Shown piece by piece: positions 39,619 through 48,192 of a stretch of 64,000 nucleotides of DNA (positions are counted from its first letter, which is position 1; each line of letters begins with the position of its first letter). A model generated the notes under the pieces. The model was not told the DNA's origin, made no database searches, and worked only from the letters and a program-made list of their open reading frames with translations. The position numbers and the translations under genes were made by a program. Source of the DNA: Thermoleophilia bacterium UBA6103 (GTDB taxonomy: Bacteria; Actinomycetota; Thermoleophilia; UBA2241); the NCBI GenBank assembly GCA_002423545.1, contig DIWP01000048.1, positions 79,176 through 143,175 on the forward strand. Reading direction: 5' to 3'.

Positions 39619-40689
39619 TCAGCGGCTCACGCTGAGGCGGCTGCGGACCGCGTGGCGCTCGATGCCGAGGTCGACGATGCGGTCGATCAGCGCCGGCGAC
39701 TGCACGCCGGCCGCCGCCCACAACAGCGGGAACGCGCTCATGTGCGTCATGCCGGGTATGGTGTTGATCTCGTTGACGAGCACCTCGCCGCCGGGCTCGC
39801 GCACAAAGAAGTCGCAGCGCGCATAGCCCGAGCAGTCGACGGCGCGGAAGGCCGCCACGGCGAGCTCGCGGACCCGCGCCGTGACCTCGTCCGACAGCGG
39901 CGCCGGGATCTTCATGGACATGAGGCCGTCGGTGTACTTGGACTCGTAGTCGTAGTACTCGTGCGCCGGCACGACCTCGCCGGGCACAGACGCTTCCGGA
40001 GCGGCGTTACCGAGCACCGCGCACTCGACCTCGCGGCCGGCCACGAACGCCTCGACGATGACCTTGCGGTCGTAACGCCAGGCCAGTTCCAGAGCGGACA
40101 CCAGCTCCGCCCGGTCGTGCGCCTTGGTCATGCCGACGCTGGAGCCGAGGTTGGCCGGCTTGACGAAGACCGGGTACGAGAACCGCGCCTCGACGCGTTG
40201 GACCAGAGACGCCTGATCGGCCGCCGCATCGCGGGCGACGAGATAGTCGACCTGCGGCAGCCCGTAGGCGGCGAACGCCGCCTTCATCAGCTCCTTGTCC
40301 ATGCCGACCGAGCTGGCCAGTACGCCGGCGCCGGCGTACGGCAGGTCGGCCATCTCAAGCAGGCCCTGGATGGTCCCGTCTTCACCGTAGGTGCCGTGCA
40401 GGATCGGGAACGCGAAGTCGAGAGCGATGCGCGCCCCGGCCGCCGTCTCGAGGCCGGGGCGGGTGGGATCGGGAAGCAGCGCCACCGGGTCGCAGGACGA
40501 GCCGTCGAGGCCGTCGCGGAGCGTCGTGTCGAGGTCTTGCGGCAGGACCCAGGCGCCGGATCGCAGCAGACCGACAGGGACGACGCGGTACTTCTCGGGA
40601 AAGAGGTTGTCGGCCACGAAACGGGCCGAGGCCAGCGAGATCTCGTGCTCGGCCGAGCGGCCGCCGAAGATGAGCGCCAGGGTGATCAT
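39619..40689 (-). CDS. ddl: D-alanine--D-alanine ligase
   Basis: MITLALIFGGRSAEHEISL.SA...., FVKPANLGSSVG, YDYESKY, and EINTIPG near the C-terminus. Confidence 0.95.
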   Translation of the reverse strand: MITLALIFGGRSAEHEISLASARFVADNLFPEKYRVVPVGLLRSGAWVLPQDLDTTLRDGLDGSSCDPVALLPDPTRPGLETAAGARIALDFAFPILHGTYGEDGTIQGLLEMADLPYAGAGVLASSVGMDKELMKAAFAAYGLPQVDYLVARDAAADQASLVQRVEARFSYPVFVKPANLGSSVGMTKAHDRAELVSALELAWRYDRKVIVEAFVAGREVECAVLGNAAPEASVPGEVVPAHEYYDYESKYTDGLMSMKIPAPLSDEVTARVRELAVAAFRAVDCSGYARCDFFVREPGGEVLVNEINTIPGMTHMSAFPLLWAAAGVQSPALIDRIVDLGIERHAVRSRLSVSR

Positions 40690-40831
40690 CGCCGGGTAGC
40701 TTACCTGCGGTCCCGGGGCGGTGCCACTCTGGTCGGTGTGCCGGTCCGGCCGGTCGGCCGCGGGACGGACGCGCGGCCGCAGGACGGACGTGCGACGAGC
40801 CGGCGCGCGACGCTGCGGTAGGATGCCGTCC

Positions 40832-43075
40832 ATGGAGACCCTGCCCCGACTCACCGCGCGCTCCCTGGCCGCCGCCATCCGCATCGCCGGGGCCGGCCAG
40901 GCCAGCAGCCTGCCCGGCAAGACGGTCAACAAGCTCTTCCCCGGCTACCTCACCGCCCACGCCTCCCGTCTCACGGAGGGGCTGGCGCTCGTCACCGGCA
41001 CCAACGGCAAGACGACCACGGCCAACATGGCGGCGCGCATCCTCGAAGACGCCGGCCGCGACATCGTCCACAACGCCGAGGGCGCCAACCTGCTCTCGGG
41101 CATCGCGACCGCCTTCACGCGACACCCGGACGCCCGCTTTGCCCTGCTTGAGGTCGACGAGGCCGTGGCGCCGCTGATCTCGCGGCGGCTGCGGCCGCCG
41201 GATGTCGTCGTCCTCACCAACCTCTTCCGCGACCAGCTCGACCGGTACGGCGAGGTCGACCGGCTGGCGACCGGCTGGCTGGAGATGTTCCGTGACACGC
41301 CGGGCACGCGGCTCGTCGCCAACGCCGACGATCCGCTGGTGGCGCACGTCGCGCTCGAATCGGGGCTGCCGGTCGTGTTCTTCGGCGTCGAGAGCGCCGC
41401 CGCCGACGCACGGCATGAGGTCAGCGACGTGACGGTCTGTCCACGCTGCGCGGCGATGCTCGAGTACGACGCGCGCTGGCTCTCGCAGCTCGGTGAGTAC
41501 CGCTGCCCGAGCTGCGACTTCGCGCGACCGCCGCGCGATCTGAGCGCCGACGTGGGTCCGCTGCGTGCCGGCGCGCCGATCGCCCTGCACGGCCTTGTCG
41601 AGGCGCCGCTCGACCTGCTGGTGCCGGGACTGCACAACGTCTACAACGCGCTCGGCGCACTCGCGCTGGCCCTCGACCTGCGCGTCCCCACCGCCGGCGC
41701 GCTGCACAGCCTCGCCCGCTACCAGCCGGTCTTCGGACGCTGGAGCTGCGTGCGTCGCGGCCTCACGACCGTACGGGTCAACCTCGCCAAGAACCCGGCC
41801 GGCCTGAACCAGTCGCTGCGCACGCTGCACGAGGTCCCGGGACCGCGTGCCATCGTCCTCATCCTCAACGACAACATAGCCGACGGCCGCGACATCTCCT
41901 GGATCTGGGACGTCGACATGGAGGAGCTGCTGCCCGAGGCGGACCTGCTGGTCACCACCGGCACCAGGCGGCGGGAGATGGCGCTGCGCCTCAAGTACGC
42001 CGGCGTCCCGGCCCAACGGATCGAGACCGTGGACAGCCTGGCGGCGGCGCTGCGCTCGCTGGAGGCCCGCGGCCATCACGCCATCTACGTCCTGCCCACC
42101 TACACGGCGCTCAAGGAAGTGCGCCGGACGCTCCTGGACTGGGAGACGGTCGCCGCCGGACCGCAGGACCCTGCGCGCAGCGACGGCGGCGCGGTCGAGG
42201 CCGCGCCGCGCGCGGCTGTCGTGACAGCCGGTCCCGAGCCGGGCGGCCGGGCGATCGCTCCGGCACAGGCCGCTGCCGCCGTCATCCGCGCGGTGCACCT
42301 GTACCCCACCACGATGAACACCTACGGCGACCGCGGCAACGTCGCCGCCCTCACCCGGCGGGCACTGTGGCGCGGCACGACCGTGACGTGGCACGACGTC
42401 GAGATCGGCGAACCCGCTCCGGAGCATCCCGACCTCATCTTCATGGGCGGCGGTCAGGACCGCGTGCAGCACTCGGTCGCCGACGACCTGGCGACCAGGC
42501 GAGAGTGGCTCACCGCTGCCGTCGCCGACGGCGCCGTGCTGTTCGCCGTCTGTGCCGGCCTGCAGCTCCTCGGCCGCCGCTACGTCGCCGCCGACGGCAG
42601 CGAGCTGGCCGGGCTGGGCCTGCTTGACATGGAGACGGTCGCCGCCAGGCCGGGGGAGTGGCGGCTCATCGGCAATGTCGTCATCGAGGTGCCCACGCCC
42701 GACGGGCCACACCTGGTCGCGGGCTTCGAGAACCACGGCGGACGCACCCACCTCGGCGCCGTGCGTCCGCTCGGACACGTCCTCCATGGACGCGGCAACA
42801 ACGGTCGCGACGGCACGGAAGGGGCCCGCGACGGCACCGTCATCGCGACCTACCTGCACGGCCCTGCCTTGCCCAAGAACGCCTGGCTGACCGACGAACT
42901 GCTGCGACTGGCCCTGCGGCACGCCGGCCACGACACCGCACCGGCGCCGCTCGACGACGCGTTCGAAGGCGCAGCCCAGGCCGAAGCGGTCGCGGCCGCC
43001 CGGCGCGAACACGCCCAGCGCGACAACATGTGCTGGCGCCTGCTGAGTCACACGCCGCTGCGACGCGGCAGCTGA
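40832..43075 (+). CDS. murT-gatD: fused MurT (Mur-ligase-like) / GatD (class-I glutaminase) lipid II isoglutaminyl synthase
   Basis: The N-terminal ~435 aa carry GTNGKTTT, a Cys4 ribbon CPRC...CPSC, DNIADGRDISWIWD and LPTYTAL. An Ala/Pro/Gly linker follows. The C-terminal ~240 aa carry MNTYGDRGN, FAVCAGLQLLG, GFENHGGRT and TYLHGPALPKN. All lie in one uninterrupted frame. Confidence 0.87.
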   Translation: METLPRLTARSLAAAIRIAGAGQASSLPGKTVNKLFPGYLTAHASRLTEGLALVTGTNGKTTTANMAARILEDAGRDIVHNAEGANLLSGIATAFTRHPDARFALLEVDEAVAPLISRRLRPPDVVVLTNLFRDQLDRYGEVDRLATGWLEMFRDTPGTRLVANADDPLVAHVALESGLPVVFFGVESAAADARHEVSDVTVCPRCAAMLEYDARWLSQLGEYRCPSCDFARPPRDLSADVGPLRAGAPIALHGLVEAPLDLLVPGLHNVYNALGALALALDLRVPTAGALHSLARYQPVFGRWSCVRRGLTTVRVNLAKNPAGLNQSLRTLHEVPGPRAIVLILNDNIADGRDISWIWDVDMEELLPEADLLVTTGTRRREMALRLKYAGVPAQRIETVDSLAAALRSLEARGHHAIYVLPTYTALKEVRRTLLDWETVAAGPQDPARSDGGAVEAAPRAAVVTAGPEPGGRAIAPAQAAAAVIRAVHLYPTTMNTYGDRGNVAALTRRALWRGTTVTWHDVEIGEPAPEHPDLIFMGGGQDRVQHSVADDLATRREWLTAAVADGAVLFAVCAGLQLLGRRYVAADGSELAGLGLLDMETVAARPGEWRLIGNVVIEVPTPDGPHLVAGFENHGGRTHLGAVRPLGHVLHGRGNNGRDGTEGARDGTVIATYLHGPALPKNAWLTDELLRLALRHAGHDTAPAPLDDAFEGAAQAEAVAAARREHAQRDNMCWRLLSHTPLRRGS

Positions 43076-43113
43076 GAGCGCCGCGTCGCGAAGCGGCAGC
43101 GTCCGCAGTCCGG

Positions 43114-44421
43114 TCAGAGATCGGCGCGCGCCAGGATGACGGCGACCGCGTCCTGCGCCAGGCGCGCCCGATACGAGGCGAGCGGCCTGCCGTTCATGAG
43201 GATCGAGAACACGACCCCCTCCCGGCCGCTCGTGGTGACGTAGCCGGAGAGGCAGCTCGAGACGCTCAGCGTGCCGGTCTTGGCGTGGACGTTGCCGGCC
43301 GCCGCCGAACCCCGCATGCGCAGGCGGAGGGTGCCGTCGCGGCCGGCGACGGCCAGAGAGCTCCAGTACATGTCGAAGTCGAGCCGGCCGCTCATCGAGA
43401 CCAGCAGCCGGGTGACGGCCAGCGCCGAGAGTCTGTTCGAGTAGCTCAGGCCGGAGCCGTCCGACACCCTGACCTCCCGCGCCGGCACCCCGGCCTGCAC
43501 CAGGTGCCGGCGGACGACGGCAGCTCCGGCGGCGGTACTGCCGCGGGCGCCGAACTCGCGCCCGAGCCCCTTCAGCAGCATCTCGGCGATCGTGTTGTCG
43601 CTCGGCTTGCCCATCAGCCGCAGGACGCGCCACAGCGGCGCCGAGAGCTCGGTGGCCACCACCGTCGCGGTGCGCGGGGTGCGGCCCAGCCGTACCCCGC
43701 CCGCGACCGGGACGCCGGCGGCCTTGAGCGCCGTGCGCAGGGCGACGGCGCTGCGCAGCGCCGGCTGCGACACGCGCCCGCCGCCGGCATACCCCTGATC
43801 GACTGCCAGCGCGGACAGCGACCCGCAGTTGGCCGCCAGGCCCGCGTGCCACGAGGGCGCGCCGCGGCGCCGGTCGAAGTAGGTCTCGTCGGCCACGATG
43901 CGGCCGGTGATGCGTCGTATGCCGGCCTTGCGGATGGCCCGGGCCAGACGCGCCACCGAGGATGTGCGCACGTGGAACACCCGGCGCTGGTAGCCGGCCG
44001 TGGAGAACGTCGGGTCGCCGTAGCCCTTCAGGAACAGGTCGCCACGCAGCACCCCGTTCTCATCCGGTCCGACGCCGCCTGTCAGGGCCTCGGTCCTGAA
44101 GCGGTGATCGGCGCCCCAGAGCTGCAACGCCACGGCGGCGGTCGCAAGCTTCTGGTTGGAGGCCGGCACCAGGGCGCGGTGGACGTTGCGCGCGTAGACC
44201 ACGCGACCCGTCTCGAGGTCCCAGACACACACCGCGGTCCCCGACCCGTTGACGCCGTGACGGACCAGCGCGGCCGAGATCTGGCGGGAGAGCGAGGCGC
44301 CGGCGGCGACGGCAGGCCCGGCGGCGAAGCCGAGCAGGACGGTAGCCGCAAGGACCACGGCACAGGCGGAGAGCCGCCGGTGGCGCCGACCCCATGACTG
44401 CCGACCGACCGGGCGGCTCAT
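43114..44421 (-). CDS. dacB: D-alanyl-D-alanine carboxypeptidase/endopeptidase (PBP4, S13 family)
   Basis: SxxK (ASNQK), SxN (PSDN) and KTG (HAKTGT). N-terminal signal/TM segment. Confidence 0.9.
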   Translation of the reverse strand: MSRPVGRQSWGRRHRRLSACAVVLAATVLLGFAAGPAVAAGASLSRQISAALVRHGVNGSGTAVCVWDLETGRVVYARNVHRALVPASNQKLATAAVALQLWGADHRFRTEALTGGVGPDENGVLRGDLFLKGYGDPTFSTAGYQRRVFHVRTSSVARLARAIRKAGIRRITGRIVADETYFDRRRGAPSWHAGLAANCGSLSALAVDQGYAGGGRVSQPALRSAVALRTALKAAGVPVAGGVRLGRTPRTATVVATELSAPLWRVLRLMGKPSDNTIAEMLLKGLGREFGARGSTAAGAAVVRRHLVQAGVPAREVRVSDGSGLSYSNRLSALAVTRLLVSMSGRLDFDMYWSSLAVAGRDGTLRLRMRGSAAAGNVHAKTGTLSVSSCLSGYVTTSGREGVVFSILMNGRPLASYRARLAQDAVAVILARADL

Positions 44422-45254
44422 CGGCCGGCCGCGGCCGGCCCGGCGCTGCAGCGCCGGGCGATCAGTGCCGCCGTCGCCCCGGCGCCGACGCCGTTGTCGA
44501 TGTTCACCGCCACGAGCCCCGGGACACAGCTCTGGAGCATGCCGAGAAGGGCCGCCTCACCGCGGCCACCCAACCCGTAGCCGACCGAGACCGGCAGGCC
44601 GATGACCGGTGCGTCCACGAGTCCGGCGACGACACTCGGAAGGGCGCCCTCCATGCCGGCCGCCACCACATACGCCGCCACGCCGGCGGCGATCATGCGC
44701 CGCAGCGGTCCGCCGAGCCGGTGCAGCCCGGCGACGCCGACGTCGTAGGCGCTCAGGACCTCGACGCTCATCTCGCGCGCCACCGCGGCGGCCTCCTCAG
44801 CGCGAGCCACGTCGCTGGTGCCGGCCGCCAGGATCCCGATGGCGCCGGCTCGCGGCGGCGCCACGTAGTCGGGACCGTGGACGGTGACGATCCCCGAGCG
44901 CTCGTCGTAGCGCACCTCGCCCAGCCCGGCCGCGCCGAGCAGCTCCGCCTGCGCGGCACAAGCGGAGCTGCAGAGGACGGCGCCACAGCGCTCCACCAGG
45001 ACGCGGGCGACGGCGACGAGCTGCTCGCCCGTCTTGCCGGCCGCGTAGACCACCTCGGGCACCCCCGTCCGCGCCCGGCGACCGATGTCGAGGCAGGCGA
45101 AATCGTCGACGTACTCGAGCGCATGCGCATCGAGCTCCGCCCGTGCCTGCCGAGGCGTGGTGCGGCCCGCCGCGACCGCCTCGAGCAGCCTGTTCAGGTC
45201 ATCGCCGGGTGCGCTGCCACCGGCGGCGTGTGCTCCATCTTTGGCATCCATCAT
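44418..45254 (-). CDS. larB: nickel-pincer cofactor biosynthesis protein LarB (PurE-like carboxylase/hydrolase)
   Basis: GVPEVVYAAGKT, AAGTSD, AAGMEGALPSVVAGLV..PVIGLP.SVGYG and AVNIDNG. Its stop overlaps the dacB start (ATGA). Confidence 0.85.
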   Translation of the reverse strand: MMDAKDGAHAAGGSAPGDDLNRLLEAVAAGRTTPRQARAELDAHALEYVDDFACLDIGRRARTGVPEVVYAAGKTGEQLVAVARVLVERCGAVLCSSACAAQAELLGAAGLGEVRYDERSGIVTVHGPDYVAPPRAGAIGILAAGTSDVARAEEAAAVAREMSVEVLSAYDVGVAGLHRLGGPLRRMIAAGVAAYVVAAGMEGALPSVVAGLVDAPVIGLPVSVGYGLGGRGEAALLGMLQSCVPGLVAVNIDNGVGAGATAALIARRCSAGPAAAGR

Positions 45255-45437
45255 GTCGGGGCAGAATGTACCAGTGTAAGCGGTCGAGAGTCACGGCCCG
45301 GCCGTCAGCGGCCGATAGAGAAAGTGGCGCCGAGCAGGTAACGCGACGGCGTCGCGGAATCACGTGCTTTCGAGTATGCTTTTTTGCTGCGACGCAACCA
45401 CGCAAACGAACACCGCGTCGAGAGGTAGCTGGGCCAG

Positions 45438-46988
45438 ATGGATGTGCCGCCGTCCACACGTTCCGGGCGCACCGTATATCGATCGCAACCGACGCCGCCG
45501 CGTAAGCGGCGTACGTCGCTCTGGCTCGTCATCGGCCTCGTGGCGGTGGCCGTGGGCGCCACCGCGGCGTGGCAGTTCGCGACCGCCCCCAGCATCGGCG
45601 CCCTCTCGCCCGAGCCGGGGACCTTCACCTCAGACCACACCGTCCCGGTCAAGGTGCGCGTCAAGGGCATGTCCAGCCTCAAGGACGTGGTCGTCAAGGT
45701 CAATGGCAAGGACGTCACCGACGAGGTGACGTTCAACGCCGACGACCTGGTCTACACGGCGTCCGATCTCCCCGACGGCACCCACACCATCTCGGTCAGC
45801 GCCGGGACCTCCAACCTCTACCGCCACTCCATCGAGCGTACCTGGGAGTTCACCGTCGACACCAGGGAACCGAAGCTCCACTGGGTCGACCCCAGGAACT
45901 CGTCGATCTTCACCAGCGAGTCGTTCGACGTGACCGGCGAGACCGAGCCCGGCGCCATGGTCACCGTCACCAGCATACCGGGACGGCCCAGCGTCGAGGC
46001 CGACGAGAGCGGCCGCTTCAGCCTCCCGGTCACGTTGCCGGACGGCAAGTACAAGCTCGACCTCACCGTCCGCGACGCGGCCGGCAACACCAAGACGGCC
46101 AGTCGTCGCATCGGCATCTCCACCCGCGGTCCGCTGATCACCGTCGCCGAGAAGCAGCGGGTCGACGTGCCCGACCCCACCATCAAGGTCGGCGTCCACG
46201 ACCCGAGCGGCCGGCCGCGACTCGTGGTCACCGTCGACGGCGAGCAGGTGTTCGACGAAAAGGTCGGCAAGGTCACCGAGCTGACGATCGGGCCGCTTGC
46301 CGAGGGTACCCATGAGGTCGTGTACACGGCCACCAGCGCCGCCGGCCAGACGGCCAGGCATGTCGAGGAGTTCGTCGTCGACAGCACCGAGGAGCTCGGC
46401 ACGGCGACGTTGTCGGCCGGGGCAATCGGGAACGACGTGCGCGAGCTGCAGAAGCTCCTCATAGAGAACGGCGTCTACAAATACGAGGCCAGCGGCGTCT
46501 ACACCCCGGGTACCACGGCCGCCGTCGAGCGCCTGCAGCGGCGCCTCGGGCAGGAGATCGACGGCATGGCCGGGCCCAGGGTCATCGCCGCTCTGCACGG
46601 ACGCATCGTGGTCGACCAGTCCGAGTGCAAGCTCTACCTGTACTCGAAGGGCAAGCTGCAGAAGACGTATCCGGTCGCCGTCGGACAGCCGGCGTGGCCC
46701 ACCCCCAACGGCGACTGGGAGGTCGTCGTGATGGCCAAGGACCCCACCTGGATCCCGCCCGACTCGCCGTGGGCCAAGGGCCTCGAGCCGGTGCCGCCGG
46801 GTGCCGGCAACCCGCTCGGCACGCGCTGGATCGGGCTCAGCGCGTCGGGTGTGGGCATCCACGGCACGCCGGCCAGCTACTCGATCGGATCGCGGGCTTC
46901 ACACGGGTGCATCCGCATGTACATCGCCGACGTCGAGGAGCTCTACGAGTACGTCGAGGTCGGCATGCCGGTGATCATCCGCGAGTGA
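45438..46988 (+). CDS. L,D-transpeptidase with N-terminal Ig-like domains and a PG-binding domain
   Basis: TM anchor, then beta-sandwich repeats, a PG_binding_1-like segment (GNDVRELQKLL...), and a YkuD domain ending IHGTPASYSIGSRASHGCIRM. Confidence 0.9.
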   Translation: MDVPPSTRSGRTVYRSQPTPPRKRRTSLWLVIGLVAVAVGATAAWQFATAPSIGALSPEPGTFTSDHTVPVKVRVKGMSSLKDVVVKVNGKDVTDEVTFNADDLVYTASDLPDGTHTISVSAGTSNLYRHSIERTWEFTVDTREPKLHWVDPRNSSIFTSESFDVTGETEPGAMVTVTSIPGRPSVEADESGRFSLPVTLPDGKYKLDLTVRDAAGNTKTASRRIGISTRGPLITVAEKQRVDVPDPTIKVGVHDPSGRPRLVVTVDGEQVFDEKVGKVTELTIGPLAEGTHEVVYTATSAAGQTARHVEEFVVDSTEELGTATLSAGAIGNDVRELQKLLIENGVYKYEASGVYTPGTTAAVERLQRRLGQEIDGMAGPRVIAALHGRIVVDQSECKLYLYSKGKLQKTYPVAVGQPAWPTPNGDWEVVVMAKDPTWIPPDSPWAKGLEPVPPGAGNPLGTRWIGLSASGVGIHGTPASYSIGSRASHGCIRMYIADVEELYEYVEVGMPVIIRE

Positions 46989-47098
46989 GCGCCCCGGCGC
47001 CCTCGCCCCGCCGCCGGCCACGCTGACCGGGACCGACCTCGCCGCAGCTCGCCCTCATCTTCGTCTCGTCGCTGCTCATCGCCTATTCCGGTGCCCTC

Positions 47099-47683
47099 AT
47101 GCCGGGCCCGATGCTGGCCGTGGTGCTGGCCGAGAGTCCCCGACAGGGCGTGCGAGCCGGTCCGCTGGTCGTGCTCGGTCACGCGCTGCTCGAGCTGGCG
47201 CTGCTGGCCGCCCTGGTCGTCGGTCTCGGTTCGGTCCTCGAACGGCCGAGCGTGCAGACGGCGCTGGCGCTCGTCGGCGGCGCCATGCTGCTCTGGACGG
47301 CCGCCGGAGCGTTCCGCTTCGTCGTCCAGAACCGCGCCGGCCTCGACTGGCGCACCGACGAGCGGCCGAGCGGCCGCTGGCGTACCGTGTTCGCCGGTGT
47401 CTGGACGAGCCTTGCCAACCCGTACTGGACCATCTGGTGGGCCACGATCGGTCTCGGCCTGCTCACGAAGGCGTATGTCCTGGGCGTCGCCGGCCTGGCC
47501 GCCTTCTACGTCGGCCACATCATCGGCGACCTCACCTGGTTCACAGCCGTGAGCGGCGCCATCGCCGCCGGCCGGCGGTTCATCACGCCGCGCGTCTACA
47601 CGGTCATGCTGGCGGTCTCGGCCGTGCTGCTGCTGGCGATGGCGGTCTGGTTCCTCGTTTCCGGTCTGCGCGGACTCGGCTGA
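47099..47683 (+). CDS. LysE/RhtB-family amino-acid exporter (start codon problematic)
   Basis: The PGP motif and 5-6 TM segments are present. The first canonical ATG at 47099 would cut off TM1, which is encoded in frame upstream (see findings). Confidence 0.78.
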   Translation: MPGPMLAVVLAESPRQGVRAGPLVVLGHALLELALLAALVVGLGSVLERPSVQTALALVGGAMLLWTAAGAFRFVVQNRAGLDWRTDERPSGRWRTVFAGVWTSLANPYWTIWWATIGLGLLTKAYVLGVAGLAAFYVGHIIGDLTWFTAVSGAIAAGRRFITPRVYTVMLAVSAVLLLAMAVWFLVSGLRGLG

Positions 47684-47691
47684 CACTGCGG

Positions 47692-47741
47692 AGACGAACG
47701 GGCGGGGGCGCCGCAGAAGCGGCGCCCCCGCCCGTTCGTCT
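47692..47741. terminator. perfect 23-bp stem / 4-nt loop hairpin between convergent genes
   Basis: AGACGAACGGGCGGGGGCGCCGC-AGAA-GCGGCGCCCCCGCCCGTTCGTCT. Confidence 0.7.
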
Positions 47742-47763
47742 GATCTCAGACTTCTCCTGTCGC

Positions 47764-48189
47764 CTACTCCAGCTCGGCGACGCCCTCCGGCTCCTGCACC
47801 CGCTCCAGCTCCATGCCGAGCAGGAAGCCGACGAACGCCATCAGCAGGCCGGGGATCGCCCACACGATGACGCCCCACTTGGGATCAGGGCTCATCGCCA
47901 CGCCGAGGCACGCCAGCATGTCCAGCGCCACGATCATGACGCCCGCCACGACGAAGCGCGTGGGAATGAGCAGAGCGCCGATGATGGTGAGTCCGCCGAT
48001 CGCCAGCGCGATGATGCCGGTGATGGTGGCCGCACCACTCATGTCGAACGGCGAGCCGATCTCCATCTCCTCGACCCACACACCGAGCCAGTCCTTCTCG
48101 ATCGACGGCTGGGAGACGAGCAGCCAGATACCTATGCCCAGGATGCAGAGGCCGGCGAGCCAGGCCAGGACCATCGCTGTCTTACGCAT
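47764..48189 (-). CDS. small 4-TM membrane protein (hypothetical)
   Basis: 141 aa with four hydrophobic segments. The ATG is preceded by GAGGAGG and lies 4 nt after the APC permease stop, so the genes are probably co-transcribed. Confidence 0.55.
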   Translation of the reverse strand: MRKTAMVLAWLAGLCILGIGIWLLVSQPSIEKDWLGVWVEEMEIGSPFDMSGAATITGIIALAIGGLTIIGALLIPTRFVVAGVMIVALDMLACLGVAMSPDPKWGVIVWAIPGLLMAFVGFLLGMELERVQEPEGVAELE

Positions 48190-48192
48190 GGC

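Noticed and set aside
39619-40689. ddl as a D-Ala-D-Lac (depsipeptide) ligase, which would fit the nearby larB.
   Set aside because: The omega-loop region reads HEYYDYESKY and keeps Tyr. As far as I recall, depsipeptide-forming Ddl enzymes have Phe at that position. The sequence therefore does not support the idea. The assignment of the exact position is from memory and should be verified by alignment.
40382-43852. A 1156-aa ORF antisense to murT-gatD and part of dacB. Similar long ORFs lie at 47437-50616 (+) and 52543-54651 (-).
   Set aside because: For the same reason: these are stop-free antisense or off-frame readings of real genes. They are extremely Arg/Gly/Pro-rich with no domain signatures.
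45255-45437. A possible ydaO (cyclic-di-AMP) riboswitch in the 183-nt leader of the L,D-transpeptidase gene. This class often precedes cell-wall genes in Actinobacteria. The leader has a GGAATCAC segment, a CTTTTTTG tract and a GGTAGCTGG segment.
   Set aside because: I could not find the conserved core elements I recall for this class (the GGGGACCCA-like and GGGGUGAAUC-like segments and CCGAAUCCGACAGCUAACCUCGUAAGCG) on either strand. It remains only an unusually AT-tinged leader. A cmsearch with RF00379 would settle it.
47024-47026. The in-frame TGA upstream of the LysE-family gene as a possible selenocysteine codon.
   Set aside because: No SECIS-like hairpin follows. The upstream 13 codons are Pro/Arg-rich junk. 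LysE-family proteins are not known selenoproteins.
1295-47741. The idea that the long perfect hairpins (1295-1326, 47692-47741, 52604-52636) and the palindrome at 17364-17397 belong to one REP-like repeat family.
   Set aside because: They share only a short GGGCGGG-type core (the first two). They have different lengths and arms, and each sits at a gene end. They are better explained as independent GC-rich terminators or operators.
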